A stretch of 63,530 nucleotides of DNA, counting the filler, from Conidiobolus incongruus B7586 (taxonomy: Eukaryota): the NCBI GenBank assembly GCA_000697335.1. It is 7 parts of 7 records of this genome, joined end to end, with 100 filler letters (N's around TTAATTAATTAA, not from the genome) between each part and the next. Parts side by side here need not be neighbours in the genome. Positions count along the whole stretch, not along the records: positions 11,030 to 26,353 come from JNEM01000095.1; positions 26,454 to 38,562 come from JNEM01000096.1; 5 more parts are not named here. One strand, given 5' to 3'. The notes below the pieces were generated by a model that worked only from the letters and a program-made list of their open reading frames with translations, was not told the origin of the DNA and did no database searches. Made by a program: the position numbers and the translations under genes. This document shows positions 16,198-30,376 of this stretch, piece by piece; positions within the stretch are counted from its first letter, which is position 1, and every line of letters starts with the position of its first letter.

Positions 16198-18284
16198 GTT
16201 ATTGACTATTAATAATTATATTCAAAATTATGAAATTGCAATATTAATTTAATGAATAAATTCCAAATTTATTTAATTACTTAAATCAAACTATAAATTA
16301 AAAAATATGGGAAATACATACTAAAATGTTAATCTACATAATTAAATTAAGCATTAGTATCTAAAAATAAACGAGTGTTTTTAGTAAAATTCGTTTTTAA
16401 CATCACACTTGACACTGATGATATCTTATTCTATTAATAGTATTATGGATAATGTTTTTTACATTATTACATATTAATCATTTTCTTCATAATAATTGTA
16501 ATACACGATATGATCAATTTATATCAAAATTTAATTCTATAAAAATTGCCTTATTAAAGTATAAACTTTAATATATTTTAAATTTTACATCAATATCATC
16601 TTATATTGCTTTATTTAAACTAATAGCTAATCATTATTGATAATAAATATTTATTTTTCATTATAAAAAATTTAAATTATAACTATAATATTAATTATAA
16701 TATGCAATTTGTTAAACAAGTGATTTCAATAACAATTTCCTATTATTATATTGAGCTAATTTTAACTAAGGCAAGGAATATATATAATGGGTTGATAACT
16801 GATGTTTTGATATTAATATATATCCATATGTTAGCAACGGCTATTGATACTAGATTTTCTATATTAAAATATGAATCAAGATAATATTTCGATTAATCAC
16901 AAAGTAATATGAATTTCAACAAAATATTAAATATAATTACAGTATTATTATTGAAATTTTTCATAATCAGCTAATAATTTTATTCTAAAGTGTATTCAGA
17001 ATCTTACTACTGACTGATATCAGAAATATATTTGATAGAAACTTTAAGATAAATTACAATGATAAGTCTGATCCAAATAAAACTGATGCTTAAATTTATA
17101 TTTACACATATATATTAGAAATTAATAATTAAAAATCACACTTAAAATTTTTAATTAATTTTATAATTTATAAATTTAATTTTTTAGTACTGATTTTGTT
17201 TATTTATTTGTAATATTCAATATTGTTAGAATTTATAGATTTATTAAAAATAATTAATCCTTGTTAAATTCTAAATATAAATTAATAATAATTCTAAGGA
17301 TCACACCAAAAATGCATGGATGAGATTATATTAAAGGATTTAGTAGCAATTGAGAAATTGATAATTGAATGTGGTAGTTATCTTTGATTGATATTTTATA
17401 TTACAAAATGAAAATGATAATTGACTTAAATTATAATTTTGATATCGATATTATAATTTTGTTTTCATATATAATAATCATTATCAGATATACTATTTAA
17501 TGAAAAATATATAAAAATTTAAATATAATATAAAATGAACTTTACATATTTTTATTAACGAATATACCATGATACTTAAAAATTTATGTGACTTTGAAAA
17601 AATAATCAACAAATTGTTTTCGTGATCTGATCATTGGATTGTAATTATTGTTGTTTTTGAGTTATCATTATGAATTGGTTCGAATTTCCTTTAATAATAT
17701 ATTTCTATAATTTAGCTTAGAACACTAGATGCAATATATTAATATGCATTTCTATTTATAAATGCTTTTTATATGTTTGATTCAGTATTAATAATCTTAA
17801 AATTAAACATAGTCAAAAAGTTGACAAATTTAAAAAATTCATTTATTTATTTGAAAACAGCTTTATTATCTTTAAATCATTACTCATCATAAATGTAGTA
17901 CTTAATCCTATATTTTCCTTTTATACATTAATGTATTAAATAATAATTTAATTTGATATTGTGGTTTTATAATAAATATTTATTTCAATCAAACTAAAAT
18001 TAAAATTCAAATTTCATTCAATTAAATTCATTAGAGTTATTAACAAATTAGAATGCTATTTGGTGAACATTAAATATAATAAATTATACTAGTAATTAAC
18101 CTCAATAGATTAAAATTATAGCTAATTGATTGCAATGTTACGCTAATGTGAAGTACTTTGAATATAAATATAATCAATGATTATTCAAAAAGATTGAGTA
18201 AAAAATGAATTTAGACACTACTAGCTTTTTTAAATTAGATATTATTTATTAAAATATTTTCGTTATTAAATTTGTTCTTAATGA

Positions 18285-19187
18285 TTAATCTTCTTTAATA
18301 GGGGCGGTTTTCAAAGTTTTAGATTGTAATAAAGAGAATGAACCACCAGCGATACTACCCAATCCAACACCAAAGATGACTGGAATAGGCCATTGCTAAA
18401 TGAAAATAAATATGATTATATAAAAGTGAAGAGTTGATTAAATTACCTGCCAATTCCTTTCCCAATCCAATGGTAAAACAAAAGAACTTAAAACACCTCC
18501 CAAAAATTGAAGACTTAAATTTTGAAGGAAATATGGTTCTAAACTATATGAAATTTATTAAATTACATATATTTGAAAATATTTGAGCTTATATTTACCT
18601 TTTAGTAATATTGATAAGAGGTCCATTATCCAATATAAAATTTAGATAGGGAATTAAAGGCAATGCTGAGAAAATGGTTAAAAATATGCTTCCTAATAAA
18701 AGAGGTTGAATTTCAGAACTAATCAAAAATCATAAGTAAATTTTTAAGAAATAAGTTTAATAAATTTAATACCCCAAAACATGAAAACCAAAAAGAATGA
18801 AGAGAGTAAAGAAACTAAAAGTGAAGAATGATATACCTAACAAATAATGAAGTAATACCTAATAGAAATAGTCAGTCATTGAATAAAATATATTTAATAT
18901 TATATCATTACTTTGAAATTCAAAGAGGTTTTAGGATTGTCACTTGAATTTACTTGTTTAATTACTTCATAAACATGAAATACAGAGTAAAACAAATAAA
19001 TATATTTCATATAAGATTTATAGTCATTAAAAAAGTTATTAAAACCAATTGCCCAAATTAAAATGAATAATGAGCAGCCTCGAATAATCGAGTGAATATT
19101 AAAACTATTTAAATTGCTGTTAGATTGAATTCGAGAGCTTGAGTATAAAAAATTGTCGTTGGGTGATTGATAAGCTGTAGTATCCAT
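18285..19187 (-). CDS. GPI11: GPI biosynthesis protein PIG-F/Gpi11, 5 exons
   Basis: Hydrophobic multi-TM protein; spliced C-terminus FLGGVLSSFVLPLDWERNWQ|QWPIPVIFGVGLG matches the PIG-F signature PLDWxRxWQxWPIP; stop TAA at 18285-18287. Confidence 0.85.
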
Positions 19188-19394
19188 TTTAATTACTTAT
19201 AGTTGTTAAATATTGAATGATTAAAAAGATAGGACTAATTATTTGTTAGCTTTTATATAAATCATAAAATAAACATAATTATGGGAAATTTACCTAAATA
19301 TGGATAATAACACAGTTTGATGAATAATGTTAAAATTTATTATTTAAAATTACAAGATACTGATTTTATATATATATATATACGTAATTGTTAG

Positions 19395-20453
19395 TTATTG
19401 CTGATTTTTAGGATGTGACCAACGTTCTGGAGCAACTGGCTGGGCATCTTTGATCTTAGGGTTTTCCTTTAATTCACGTTCAACAGGAGCTCTCAAGTCA
19501 GTTTGCTTGACAATTAATCTGTCTGCAAAGTGGTGATTGGTGTCTCTGTGAAGTGCTTCGTCAGCCCTGATGGCTAAAACAACATCTCTAATAGTAGCAT
19601 TATCTTCTAGGTGCCAGTAATCGATGGCAATTTGAGGAGCAGGACCATTTTCAATGTTGCCTTTGTCAATCTCATTAATAAAGGATGTATAACTAATAAC
19701 AGCTTCTTCTTCAAGATATCCTACAATTCTATGCGCAGTGACAGGATGGATAAGGTATAGCAAGAAGAAAGCATTATAAAAGACACCTTGTACAAGAGTA
19801 ATTAAACCTCTTTCCCAAAGCTTGGGTTGACTCACTCGCATCCATGTCATTAAGTGCATTCTTTCGTTTTCAGCTTCATGAAGTAAATGATGAATCCATC
19901 CACCATCGTGTTTCATCAATCTTAAACTTTGAAGATGGCGAATAGTGGCGCCTACCATTCCAGGGACTGCGGCAACAGTTTCAAGCATAACAGCTCTATG
20001 GACGTACTTCTTTTTAAAGAACCAGTCGGTAGGCTTTCTCAATAACTTAACAACATTTAAGGCAAATTTATCTGATAAGGTTACAGGAACTCTATGGGAT
20101 TTTAGATTGATATCCAAATTTTCCAATTCTTCAGAACTCAAGCCTCTGTAGAAAACGTTTCGAATGGGTTCGGGATGAACGGGCACTTGTAGTTCACCTG
20201 GCATAGACTTGAAAAGTTCTTCTAAAGTCAAGGTGTCCTTTGGTTGATTACTTGGCTTTTGATGGAGTGGAGGTTGGTTATTGGATGACAAAGTAGCAAA
20301 GCCATCTTGTTTAATTGAAGAATAAAGGCGATTGTAAGCTGAGTGGTTAAGAGAGGAGTTGCAAAATAAGGTAGAGCTGATTGGATGAAGTTTGCTAGCG
20401 ACTCGGTTAAGTCTTATAGCATTGAATTTGATACTTTTGTTCATTAACGACAT
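19395..20453 (-). CDS. AOX1: Mitochondrial alternative oxidase (intronless, 352 aa)
   Basis: Di-iron motifs [28 protein letters not shown] and RADEALH; basic S/R/L-rich N-terminus resembles a mitochondrial presequence. Confidence 0.97.
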   Translation of the reverse strand: MSLMNKSIKFNAIRLNRVASKLHPISSTLFCNSSLNHSAYNRLYSSIKQDGFATLSSNNQPPLHQKPSNQPKDTLTLEELFKSMPGELQVPVHPEPIRNVFYRGLSSEELENLDINLKSHRVPVTLSDKFALNVVKLLRKPTDWFFKKKYVHRAVMLETVAAVPGMVGATIRHLQSLRLMKHDGGWIHHLLHEAENERMHLMTWMRVSQPKLWERGLITLVQGVFYNAFFLLYLIHPVTAHRIVGYLEEEAVISYTSFINEIDKGNIENGPAPQIAIDYWHLEDNATIRDVVLAIRADEALHRDTNHHFADRLIVKQTDLRAPVERELKENPKIKDAQPVAPERWSHPKNQQ

Positions 20454-23400
20454 ATTGAATAATTGATGAAGATGACGTTGCTGGATTGAAAACCTTTTAT
20501 ATTCATCAAATCAAATAATCGGAATAACCAGGAATTGGTGATTGATGATCTAATCTATCAAATCCTAATTTTCCCTTCCTAAAAATTTCGGTTTTCATGG
20601 GGAATTTATTTCCAAATTTGAACTATTCACTTGATTTTTAGATTTTTGAGGAATTTAAAGGAACAAAGAACTGATTGGATAAATATAAAAATACTGATTC
20701 CTATTAATTAATCATTTTAGACTGAACCCTATTATTGTATCTATAAATTATCCAACATGAAAAGATGAAATCATCATCATGGATTGATAAATCTAATAAA
20801 ATTAATATTGCCCAATAAAGAATTTTCCAAATTTCTTTTTTAGATATATTTATTTTGAATTTTATTCTAATGAACAATCAATATCAACAGCTACAATAGA
20901 CATTATAAAGATTTTTATTTCTCAACCAAATCCGAATATAACAATATTATTGCAATTTTTTTCTATAAATCAATGGAAATTAGAAATACAGTTAACGATT
21001 CTAATATAAAACTTCCACTATTTGAATAACACAAATCATTTGATAGGTATAAATTCGAAAAATAATTTATCATACTTTAATAATAGATATATTTTAAATC
21101 CTAATTATATAGATTTATTGACTCAAAAACTTATTTAAAAGATATAATTATATTAATATATTTTACTTATATTTTCAATTTATTCTTTCAATAATGCACT
21201 TGATATTATAAAGATGTTAGTTTATCATGAATATATTCTTTCATATATTAAAAGGAAATTGATAAATTTTAACTATCCTCATATAATAAAATAACAAATA
21301 GTCAATATTAAAATACAGTGCTATCTTCATTGATCAACACTTGAATTTTCAAATTGATTAATTAAACATTATATTTCATATATAATTCCATTTGTTTAAT
21401 TAAACAATTTATTGAAAATGCAATTTCTTTAGTACGAATATTATAACTAAATATATTGGCACTTTCAAAGCTTATGTTCTTTATAAATTAATTATTAATA
21501 TATTAATTTAAAGCTATATAAAATTCTAGTTTATCTAAAATAATCTTAATAAAAATTTAAATTGTAAGCCAAAATTCCGATGAATAGAGGGATTACAGTA
21601 AATAATATAAAATAAACTGAAAGTAAACGTGAAATTTAAAAGGGTAATGCTAATTATACTATAAATTAACCTATTAACGAATACAACTCAACTTTCAATT
21701 TCACCAAAAATGACTGGGCAAAACTTAAAATAGTTGGTTAGATCTATTCAAAAAGATTCTAAAATAATCACTTTTATTATATACCAATAGTAAATTCATT
21801 AAGTTATACAACTAGTTAATTAGTATTAAAGCCAAATTGATAACCCATTTTTTCATGATTGAAATAAAACTAAAATATTTTGATATACAATTGAAAAAAT
21901 ATAACTAAATATTGATTTATACATATGAGATTAATATATAATACAATTAAATATTGTATTAGGAGATATATAAGGAAAATATTGACTCAATATACATTAA
22001 TATTAGGAATATATAATACAAAAAACGATATTAGTAATATATTATACATAGTTATTTAACCCATCACTATAAGTAATATAATAATAACCTAAAAATTAAT
22101 TTTTGGTAATTGTAATTATTATCTATAATTTTTATTCAATTTTAATATACATCAATTTATAAAATTTTATTAGTTTATGTAATTGATTGGGCCATCATTG
22201 ATAAATAGATATACAATTTGATATTAATGTCAAATAAAACAAACCATATTATCATTTAAATAATTATATGTATTATGTATAAGATTTTACAGAACAGATC
22301 AATATAATTAACTATATATTACCAAACTTTCCGGACACATTTTTGTTACCAACTTTATTTTTCAAATTCATTTCACATTGTAATTATTATTCTTTTTTAA
22401 ATTGGAAATTGGTCATAATTCTGTATATTTAATAACACTTTTTAAATATGATTGGGCAATTTAATAATAATAATAATAATACTATTATAATCTTACTTTT
22501 ATATAGATTTACAAAATCAAAATTACAAGCTATTTAATAAAGTACAGATTTTGAATTAAAATAAAATATTTAAAATTATTATATACTAAATCTTTATTTA
22601 TATAGCATTTGTTTATAGCGTTGGTTTGATTGTTTGGTTAAAGATATATATTTATTTTAGCATAATCATTAAAACTTTTAAACTTTTAGATCCAATAACT
22701 TCGTTTTGAGTAATAAATAGTTTATATGTTCATGAAACAATCATCAAATTGAATACCATTAAAATATTAATAAATTTGCAACTAGTCAATTTGAGTAGTT
22801 TGAATAGTATCAAAAATAAGCTCAAATTTGAATAATACCTAAATTAATACATATTTAATAATCTGTAACTGTATTAGTTATAAATATATAATATTTATCC
22901 ATTTTAACGAAAAAACTAGTTTAATTATCCATCATATATATTATTTATAACTTAATTGGATTGTTTTCTAATATTTTAATTTTAATATTATTATTTCTAT
23001 TATCTTCTAATTATTTTTTAATATTTGACTATTTTCAATGACCTCGTCCCTATTACTTGGATTAATAGCAGACAGTGTATTTTATCAAAACATTTATCTT
23101 TGTTAAAAAGTACCCATTCTCCCCAGAGTTGCTGATATCATATCTCAAGAAATTCATATTTTGTAATTAGAATATTTCTATTTAATTATCAATTGAATAT
23201 AATTTATCTTCGGACTCAATGTAAATGATTCAGTTTTGAATACAAAATAGAATCCAAGATTTTGATATTTCTAATTCCAGTGAGCTTTGATTCTTTAAAT
23301 TTATTATAAAAATATGGAATATCAATATTCAATAATATGATTAACAATTTTTTTACAAAATGTGAATTAAATCAAATCAAATCTTATCAAAGGTGGATCA

Positions 23401-24119
23401 ATGAAATTTAAATCAGAATTATGTAAAGAGTTTTTATTATTAATATGGTATTATTTTCCAATATATTGATATACCTGCAAAACAAGTTTTTTTAATCGGA
23501 TATTTGTATTAATAATATATAGTATAATATAGCCGATAATCCACCAGGCAAATTAGTTGAATCAATCTTAGGTAAATTTCGGAATAGATTTGTTTATACA
23601 ATTTAGCATAAAAATTAAATATAGGCAACATGCGAAAATTGTTTGATTCAAATTTCATTAGTGCAAACTAATAAAATTACCAAATTTGATATTCAAATTT
23701 AATAATTTCTCTCATAAAATATCCAAATTTCCTGCTCCAGATTATTGAATATTATCCCGAGATGGGGTACACAAGATGCAGAAAGGATTTTGATTAAAAA
23801 ACCCGAGCCTAATTTTCCCGAATATTTTTTTATAAAATATTATGAATGACACTCCTGTCTTTCTGATACTATTTTCTAAGTCACGTTTTTAGGATACATT
23901 GAAAATTGTTTCATAAACTTTCCGAATGTACTACAAGGAAATGTATATTTCAATAGTTTGTATTATATAATATAAAAATGTTAAAATTAAAATTTAACTG
24001 TACTTCAAATCAACCAATTATTGTCAAATAAATTTGAATAATTTTAGATTGTTATTAATCGTAGATATAATAAATGAAATAGCTAAAATGTTGAAAAGAG
24101 TTTAATATATCAATTTTAC

Positions 24120-24620
24120 AATATCGTCAGAAGTGTCGACTCGATCACCAGTCCAATCATTTTGCAGCAGCAACGATCTCCCGCCAAACCCGGCTGAAGA
24201 AATGAATTGGGGATCGTGTACTCTTGAGGCCAGTATTGTAAGAGCCATGGCTACGTCTTCACTTTCAAGGCCATGAACTTTCGGCAAAACAGCATGCTTT
24301 CACAGTCATGCCGTGGTTGGATGTTTCCCTTGGCCAAGCTCGGCTTGCCTGCTTTGTCGCTATCCTATAGTTAAGATATTAAAACTCTGTTTCTAATCTA
24401 ATATAGTCATTGTCCGTATCTGTTTTGGTCAACATAACTCTTAGCCCTCTCATCACCGTGTCTTCCGAACGACAGTATACATTTCATCCTTTTGCATCAT
24501 GCTGGCCACCTAGCTAGTCATGTATGCACCTCACTTGATCCGGGTGATCCTTAAGGTTCTCTCGGCCCCCGGAATGGCCGATGTGACCACCCTAACACTC
24601 GCTAGCCTAGCCGTTGGCTA
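24120..24620. other. GC-rich, hairpin-rich island of unknown nature (candidate ncRNA or decayed foreign DNA)
   Basis: Abrupt GC rise against very AT-rich flanks, no recognisable protein in any frame, several stem-loops visible by eye. Confidence 0.4.
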
Positions 24621-26353
24621 AATAAATATATTAACTATTAATTTGCGATCCACAACCCACATATTCTACGAATTTTTACAATATCAATCACAACATATAG
24701 TATAATTTAATATTCTGACATACTTTTTGTATCTATTATTTATACACTTGGGAGAATTGCTAAATTCTCAGTGATTGATCTTTCATTAGATCCTAATTTG
24801 ATGATTGTTTATTTTATCACAGTATTTGTACTTCTCCAACTGTGAAATTATCTTAAATTCATTAAGTCGTATTCTATGAATTTCATTACTATTTTTATAA
24901 ATTGAATATAATTATAAATTCATTGAATTTATCTCTTCTTATGAATCTATAAACAATATAATTGAAAATTCCGTGTATAAATTACGAATATTTGCCAAGA
25001 TGTAAAATCTTTCACCTTTTGAATAATTTTAATGGCTATTTCTTATTTCAGCCGGAACACTATATTATTGGTTCAATTGGAAATATTCAACTCAAATTAA
25101 TTAAAAATTCACACTAGACAACGGCATCAATTTTGAAATAAATTTTAATCAATTGAAAGTAAAGTTTATTTTAGTGAACACTTGTTAACTCACAATTGAT
25201 TTATTCAATTTTTTAAAATGTTTATATTAATTATTTATTAAATTTAGTATGTTGCAATCCAACTCAAACCATTTAATCTTGAAAATTTAGTCACATTATT
25301 TTAATAATTTTGAGTCAAGATTTTTTTTGAATTTTGTATCATAAAATTAAATTTAAATATTTGTATATTTAAATTTATTGAAATTCACAAATTTGAGTTA
25401 TTAAAGGCAGTATGTACTAATATTTTATCTCCAGATCTCAAGTTAAAATGATACAAAAAATATAGAATAATATAAATCATAATTATTGGGTTTTTGTGTG
25501 ATTCAGGTTTATAAATAAATATAGCAAAGGTAAATATTAGTTTATATTTATTTAATTTTTGATTCAACAATGGTATTTTATATATTATAAAAAACAAAGT
25601 CTTTTTCTCCCTGTTAAATTTTATCAATAAATATAATTAAGTAATGACAAATAATTTAGTGATTATAAGACAAATTGAAATTATTTATTTAGATTATAAT
25701 AGTGTAAATGGTTGGTAATATTACCAATAAAATATTAAGACCAAATAAATATAATTTAATTTATAATTTAAAAAATTAAGAATAGTATTCATTTAGAGTA
25801 TTAAATACATGAAAAGTCATTATAACTGTTAGTATTTTATATGTAAATCTAATTTTACTAATAATTAAAAGTTATTAAATATTATAAAAAAGATATAAAA
25901 TATTATATTCAATCTTAAATGATAAAAGATTAAGGTTGAGTTTATTAGGTATATTAGGTATTAATATATTAAAGAACCGATTCCATATAATTTAATAAAA
26001 ATTATTCCCAATAATAATAATATAGTTTATTTATTATAAAGGGGTATTATTAATAATTAATATAAATATTCCATTTAAGGTAAATATTTTTAGTAAATAA
26101 GATTAATATATTAAACTAGAGGAAAAAAGCTTATTAAGATAATAGTTAGAAATTAAGAGTCCTTTTATTATTGAGGTTTTATAATTAAACTTTTATAATT
26201 ATCAAATAAATAAAAATATATTATAATATAATAATAATATAATAATATTATACTTTCTAATATATATAATTAAATTGATATTATTATTTTATTTTTTTGA
26301 TATTAATATAATATTAAATAAAATACCAAAAATATTATTGATTTTTATATATT

Positions 26354-26453
26354 NNNNNNNNNNNNNNNNNNNNNNNNNNNNNNNNNNNNNNNNNNNNTTA
26401 ATTAATTAANNNNNNNNNNNNNNNNNNNNNNNNNNNNNNNNNNNNNNNNNNNN
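26354..26453. other. Assembly gap linker
   Basis: 44N-TTAATTAATTAA-44N. Confidence 0.97.
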
Positions 26454-27139
26454 TATTTATTTAAAAATATATTTATAAAAAAAATTTTAAAATAAATTAA
26501 ATTTTCAATTTTTAATAAAATACTGTTTAGATATAAAAAGCTTATCAAATATATAATAAAAAAGTATTAATAATAAGAAAAGTATTAATTTCTATAAATT
26601 ATATATTAATATTTTGATTTAATATTGATTTTATAATTTTGCCATTTTTTAATTTCTAAATCAATATTTAATCAAATAGAGAAATAAAGCCAATAATTGA
26701 TTAAATATTGTTTTATATACATTAATTTAATAATTGGAGTAACCTTAATGTATTTCAAAACAAAAGTGTAACTCTTAGCTAATACATGAAATAGAAAATT
26801 GTCATTAATATCCAATAATTGGGTAAAATTATATTGAATAATATTTGACTAGTTGATATAAATAATCAACTATTATCCTAGAAAAATTGAATCAAACATA
26901 CCAGTGTAGTCATTAGTAATAAAAATAATATTTAAACATTATTTATTTTAAGTAATTAAATGAAATATTTTATAGAATTTAAACTGATATAGTGTTTTTT
27001 GGACATAAAAATGCTCATAAATTTGATTGGTTATTAAAAGAGATAAGATTCAGGTTGATTGTTGATATTTAATGTGACATATTTGTTGAATTAAATGATA
27101 ACTCTTATACTTAAATTTTAATTAATTTACAAATATTAA

Positions 27140-28996
27140 ATGAATGATAATATAACAGAAACTATGTAGGTATACCATAAAATACAATATCACTTCACAT
27201 TACTTAGTTTTCAATTTAATAGTAAACGTTGGAATTATACTCTTAATAAAGGCGCATTGAGTCGATTTCATCAAAATAAAAAAGGCTATTCTATAGATTG
27301 GGAATTAGATACAAAGGGCTTAAGATCTTTGGCCTGGAGGGTATATTCTATCTACCTTTTTTTACAATCATTAATTTTTCTTAGGTATTTTTTAAAATAT
27401 TAAAAGGTACCGATTTCAATCAATGGGCCTTATCATTAAATGAAAGTAGAGCTAAATACACCCAATTGAAACAAAAGTATATAATGAATCCTTCTCAATT
27501 AAAAGAAATTCGGCAAAATCCAGCTTTGCATAATCCTCTTGACCCAGATTCAAAGGTATTATGAGTGTTATTTTTTTTAAGTTTTTCCTAACAAACTGTT
27601 TACAGAATCCTTGGACACAATTTTTTTCTGATGTAGAGTTTAAAAAACCCATACTTCAAGATGTTGAAAGAACGTAATTTTATTTTTTTTTTCCAAATTT
27701 ATATTATATTCATTATTATTCAGGTTCCCTGACATATCTTTTTTTCGCGACGAAAAACATCAACAAACATTGACCGACATTTTATTTATTTATTGTAAAT
27801 TAAATGAAGATACTTCCTATCGACAAGGAATGCATGAACTTGCAGCTCCAATTTTGTATTCTATTTACCATGATGCAATCGATATTTCCACTCTCTCCGA
27901 GTGCAAAGATAAATTCTTTCAAAGGTAAATGAAGATTTGAATAATTCATCGATAATTAAATTCAATGAATTCACTTTATTTCATAGTAATGATGGTCAAA
28001 TTATGATGAAAGTTTTGGATTCTAAATTCATTGAACATGATACATTTACTTTATTTTCCCAATTGATGAAATACGCAAAGCCATGGTATGAAACTCCTAG
28101 AGACCATCCACCGATAAGACCCCAGCTAGGTTCCAGACAAGTAAATACCATCAATAACCTTTATCTTGAAATACATCTAATATTTCTCCCCATTTATTTT
28201 AGACAAGTTTTGAATTTCAACGATCTCTTGACTCGACGATAGGGGTAAATTTATAACCAAGTTGATAACGCATTAGTATTAAATTATTTTTATTCGTGAT
28301 ATAGCCTAGCACAACCAAATTAAATAATGTAAAGACAAAGCCCAGTAACCCAATATTAGCAAAATGCCATCGAATATTTTATGAAATTCTGCCTATTGTG
28401 GATTCCAGACTATTTAATCATTTACAAAAACTTGAGATAGAACCCCAGCTTTATTGCTTGTAATTCTAAATTAATCAACTTCAACCCATAACAATCACTT
28501 AATTCCATTGATTTAGGAGATGGATTCGATTACTGTTTAGCAGAGAATTTTCATTTGACGTTACCTTAAAGCTATGGGATGGGATCTTCTCTTATGATTC
28601 CACCTTAAAAATAACCGACTTCATCTGTGTCGTCATGCTTTTGTATGTCAGACATGAAGGTAAAATTGGTTAATCACCACTTTATATATAATAGCTTACT
28701 CTCTTAATATAGTTCTTGATCAAGATTATTCTTTCACTCTTCATAAGTTGATGCGCTTTCCACCATTTAATGATGTTCCAAAATTGTTCAGTCATGCTGT
28801 TTATTTATCTAAAAATTGCAATCAACTTGGTGGAGAGACCGTTCTCAAGGAAATATATCGCTCTAATGGAAAAGTTTATGATGAATTTTTAAGTTCTCCG
28901 CATTCAGTTGAACACAATCGTTCTAGACCAAAGTCAGACTCATTTGATCGTAGTTTTAGTAGTAACTTTAACTGGGCAACTGGTTTATTTGGGTGA
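27140..28996 (+). CDS. TBC-domain Rab GTPase-activating protein, TBC1D5/Gyp6-like, at least 10 exons
   Basis: Spliced sequence gives GLRSLAWR, HNPLDPDSKNPWTQFFSD, ILQDVERTFPD (IxxDxxR arginine finger), YRQGMHELAAPI (YxQ finger), IEHDTFTLFSQLM, LEIEPQLYCLRWIRLLFSREF, LWDGIF. The 3' end is uncertain because GTGAAT overlapping the stop could be a further donor. Confidence 0.88.
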
Positions 28997-30341
28997 ATCA
29001 ATATTAATGATAATTTTATTTTCCATTAATTAAACTAAACTCTATAAATCAATTATGAATATCATAATTATCATTAAGTAAGGATTATGGATCATTTTTA
29101 TCACTAAACATTATTTCATTATAAACTTTGGATTTATATTAATTAATACAAGATACCTGTAATATTGTAAATATAGTTAAATCATTAGATTAGAGTGAGC
29201 TTAGTAAATCATAGTCAAAATTGAATTAAAACTGAATATTTAACTTGTATAATAATAGTATTTTTGGAATTATATAATTACCAGTAAAAATTTATATCTA
29301 CATATTCGTAGAAATGCTATCTGAGTGTATTTATTGGAATATTCTGCAACCGAAGTTTTTCCCAGTCAAAGTATTTTAATAACGAACATTATGTTTACCA
29401 CAAATGAATTTTTTCGAAAATGATTAAAATGATACATTCATCAGGCTAATATTGATCATTATTTTAAAAAGGTTTTTAACATAGATATTCTAGTTAAAAT
29501 ATATGTATTATTTAATTAACATATTATAATCAATTTTAGTACTTTAAATTTGTTTTTATTTCAACCAAAGATTTAATTTTCATATGAATTTGATCTTTGT
29601 TATGACTGCATATAAATTGAATATTGATCAATAGTTTATAGGCTAACCTACACTTTAAAATCACTGTATTTACAGCACAAAATTTTCATCTATAATTCTT
29701 TTTTTTTGTTTGATAAACTTTGCATATACTGTTGTTTTATTTCATCAATATACAATTTATTCAATTCAAGAATTGATTTTTGACTTATATCTCCAAAACA
29801 TTTAATAGTACAAAAAAGCTATTGTTAAATCATAGTTTTGAGTAATAAAATTAAATCCTTTTATCCTCATAGTTTATCTGATATGTAATATTATTCAAAT
29901 TACATAAATAAATATCAACTTGAATAAATGCTAATGGTAAAATCAATTAAAATTTTTGAAATTATACTCTTTTTTTCGAGTAATAAAGTTTTCAATTATT
30001 TTTAATTAATAGTATTATCCAATAAATACAACTAAAATATTGAAATATCCAAAATCTGAATTACTAATTATCAATTATTAATATAATATAATTAATTTAC
30101 AAGATAAAATCACCATGAATTCTAATTATTTATAATTATGAATATTTTATGAAAACCTTTGTTAATTTTATATACATTTCTAATGTTAAATCAAGCAGTC
30201 ATTTTTTCTCACAAGAGAGGTTAAATTAATTAATATTAAAATATATTTTGAAAAAATAGATTATTTTACTAATAATAAAATGGTAATAATGAATAAACCA
30301 AATGATTTCCTTATTTTGTATATCTTTTTGAATATTTACCT

Positions 30342-30344
<3 letters not shown>

Positions 30345-30372
<28 letters not shown>
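30345..30372. repeat. (AT)14 microsatellite
   Basis: Perfect dinucleotide run read directly. Confidence 0.9.

Positions 30373-30376
<4 letters not shown>

Noticed and set aside
24194..24200. CTGAAGA as a hammerhead ribozyme core (also CTGACGA on the minus strand near 24125)
   Set aside because: No stem II followed by GAAA and no correctly placed cleavage triplet.
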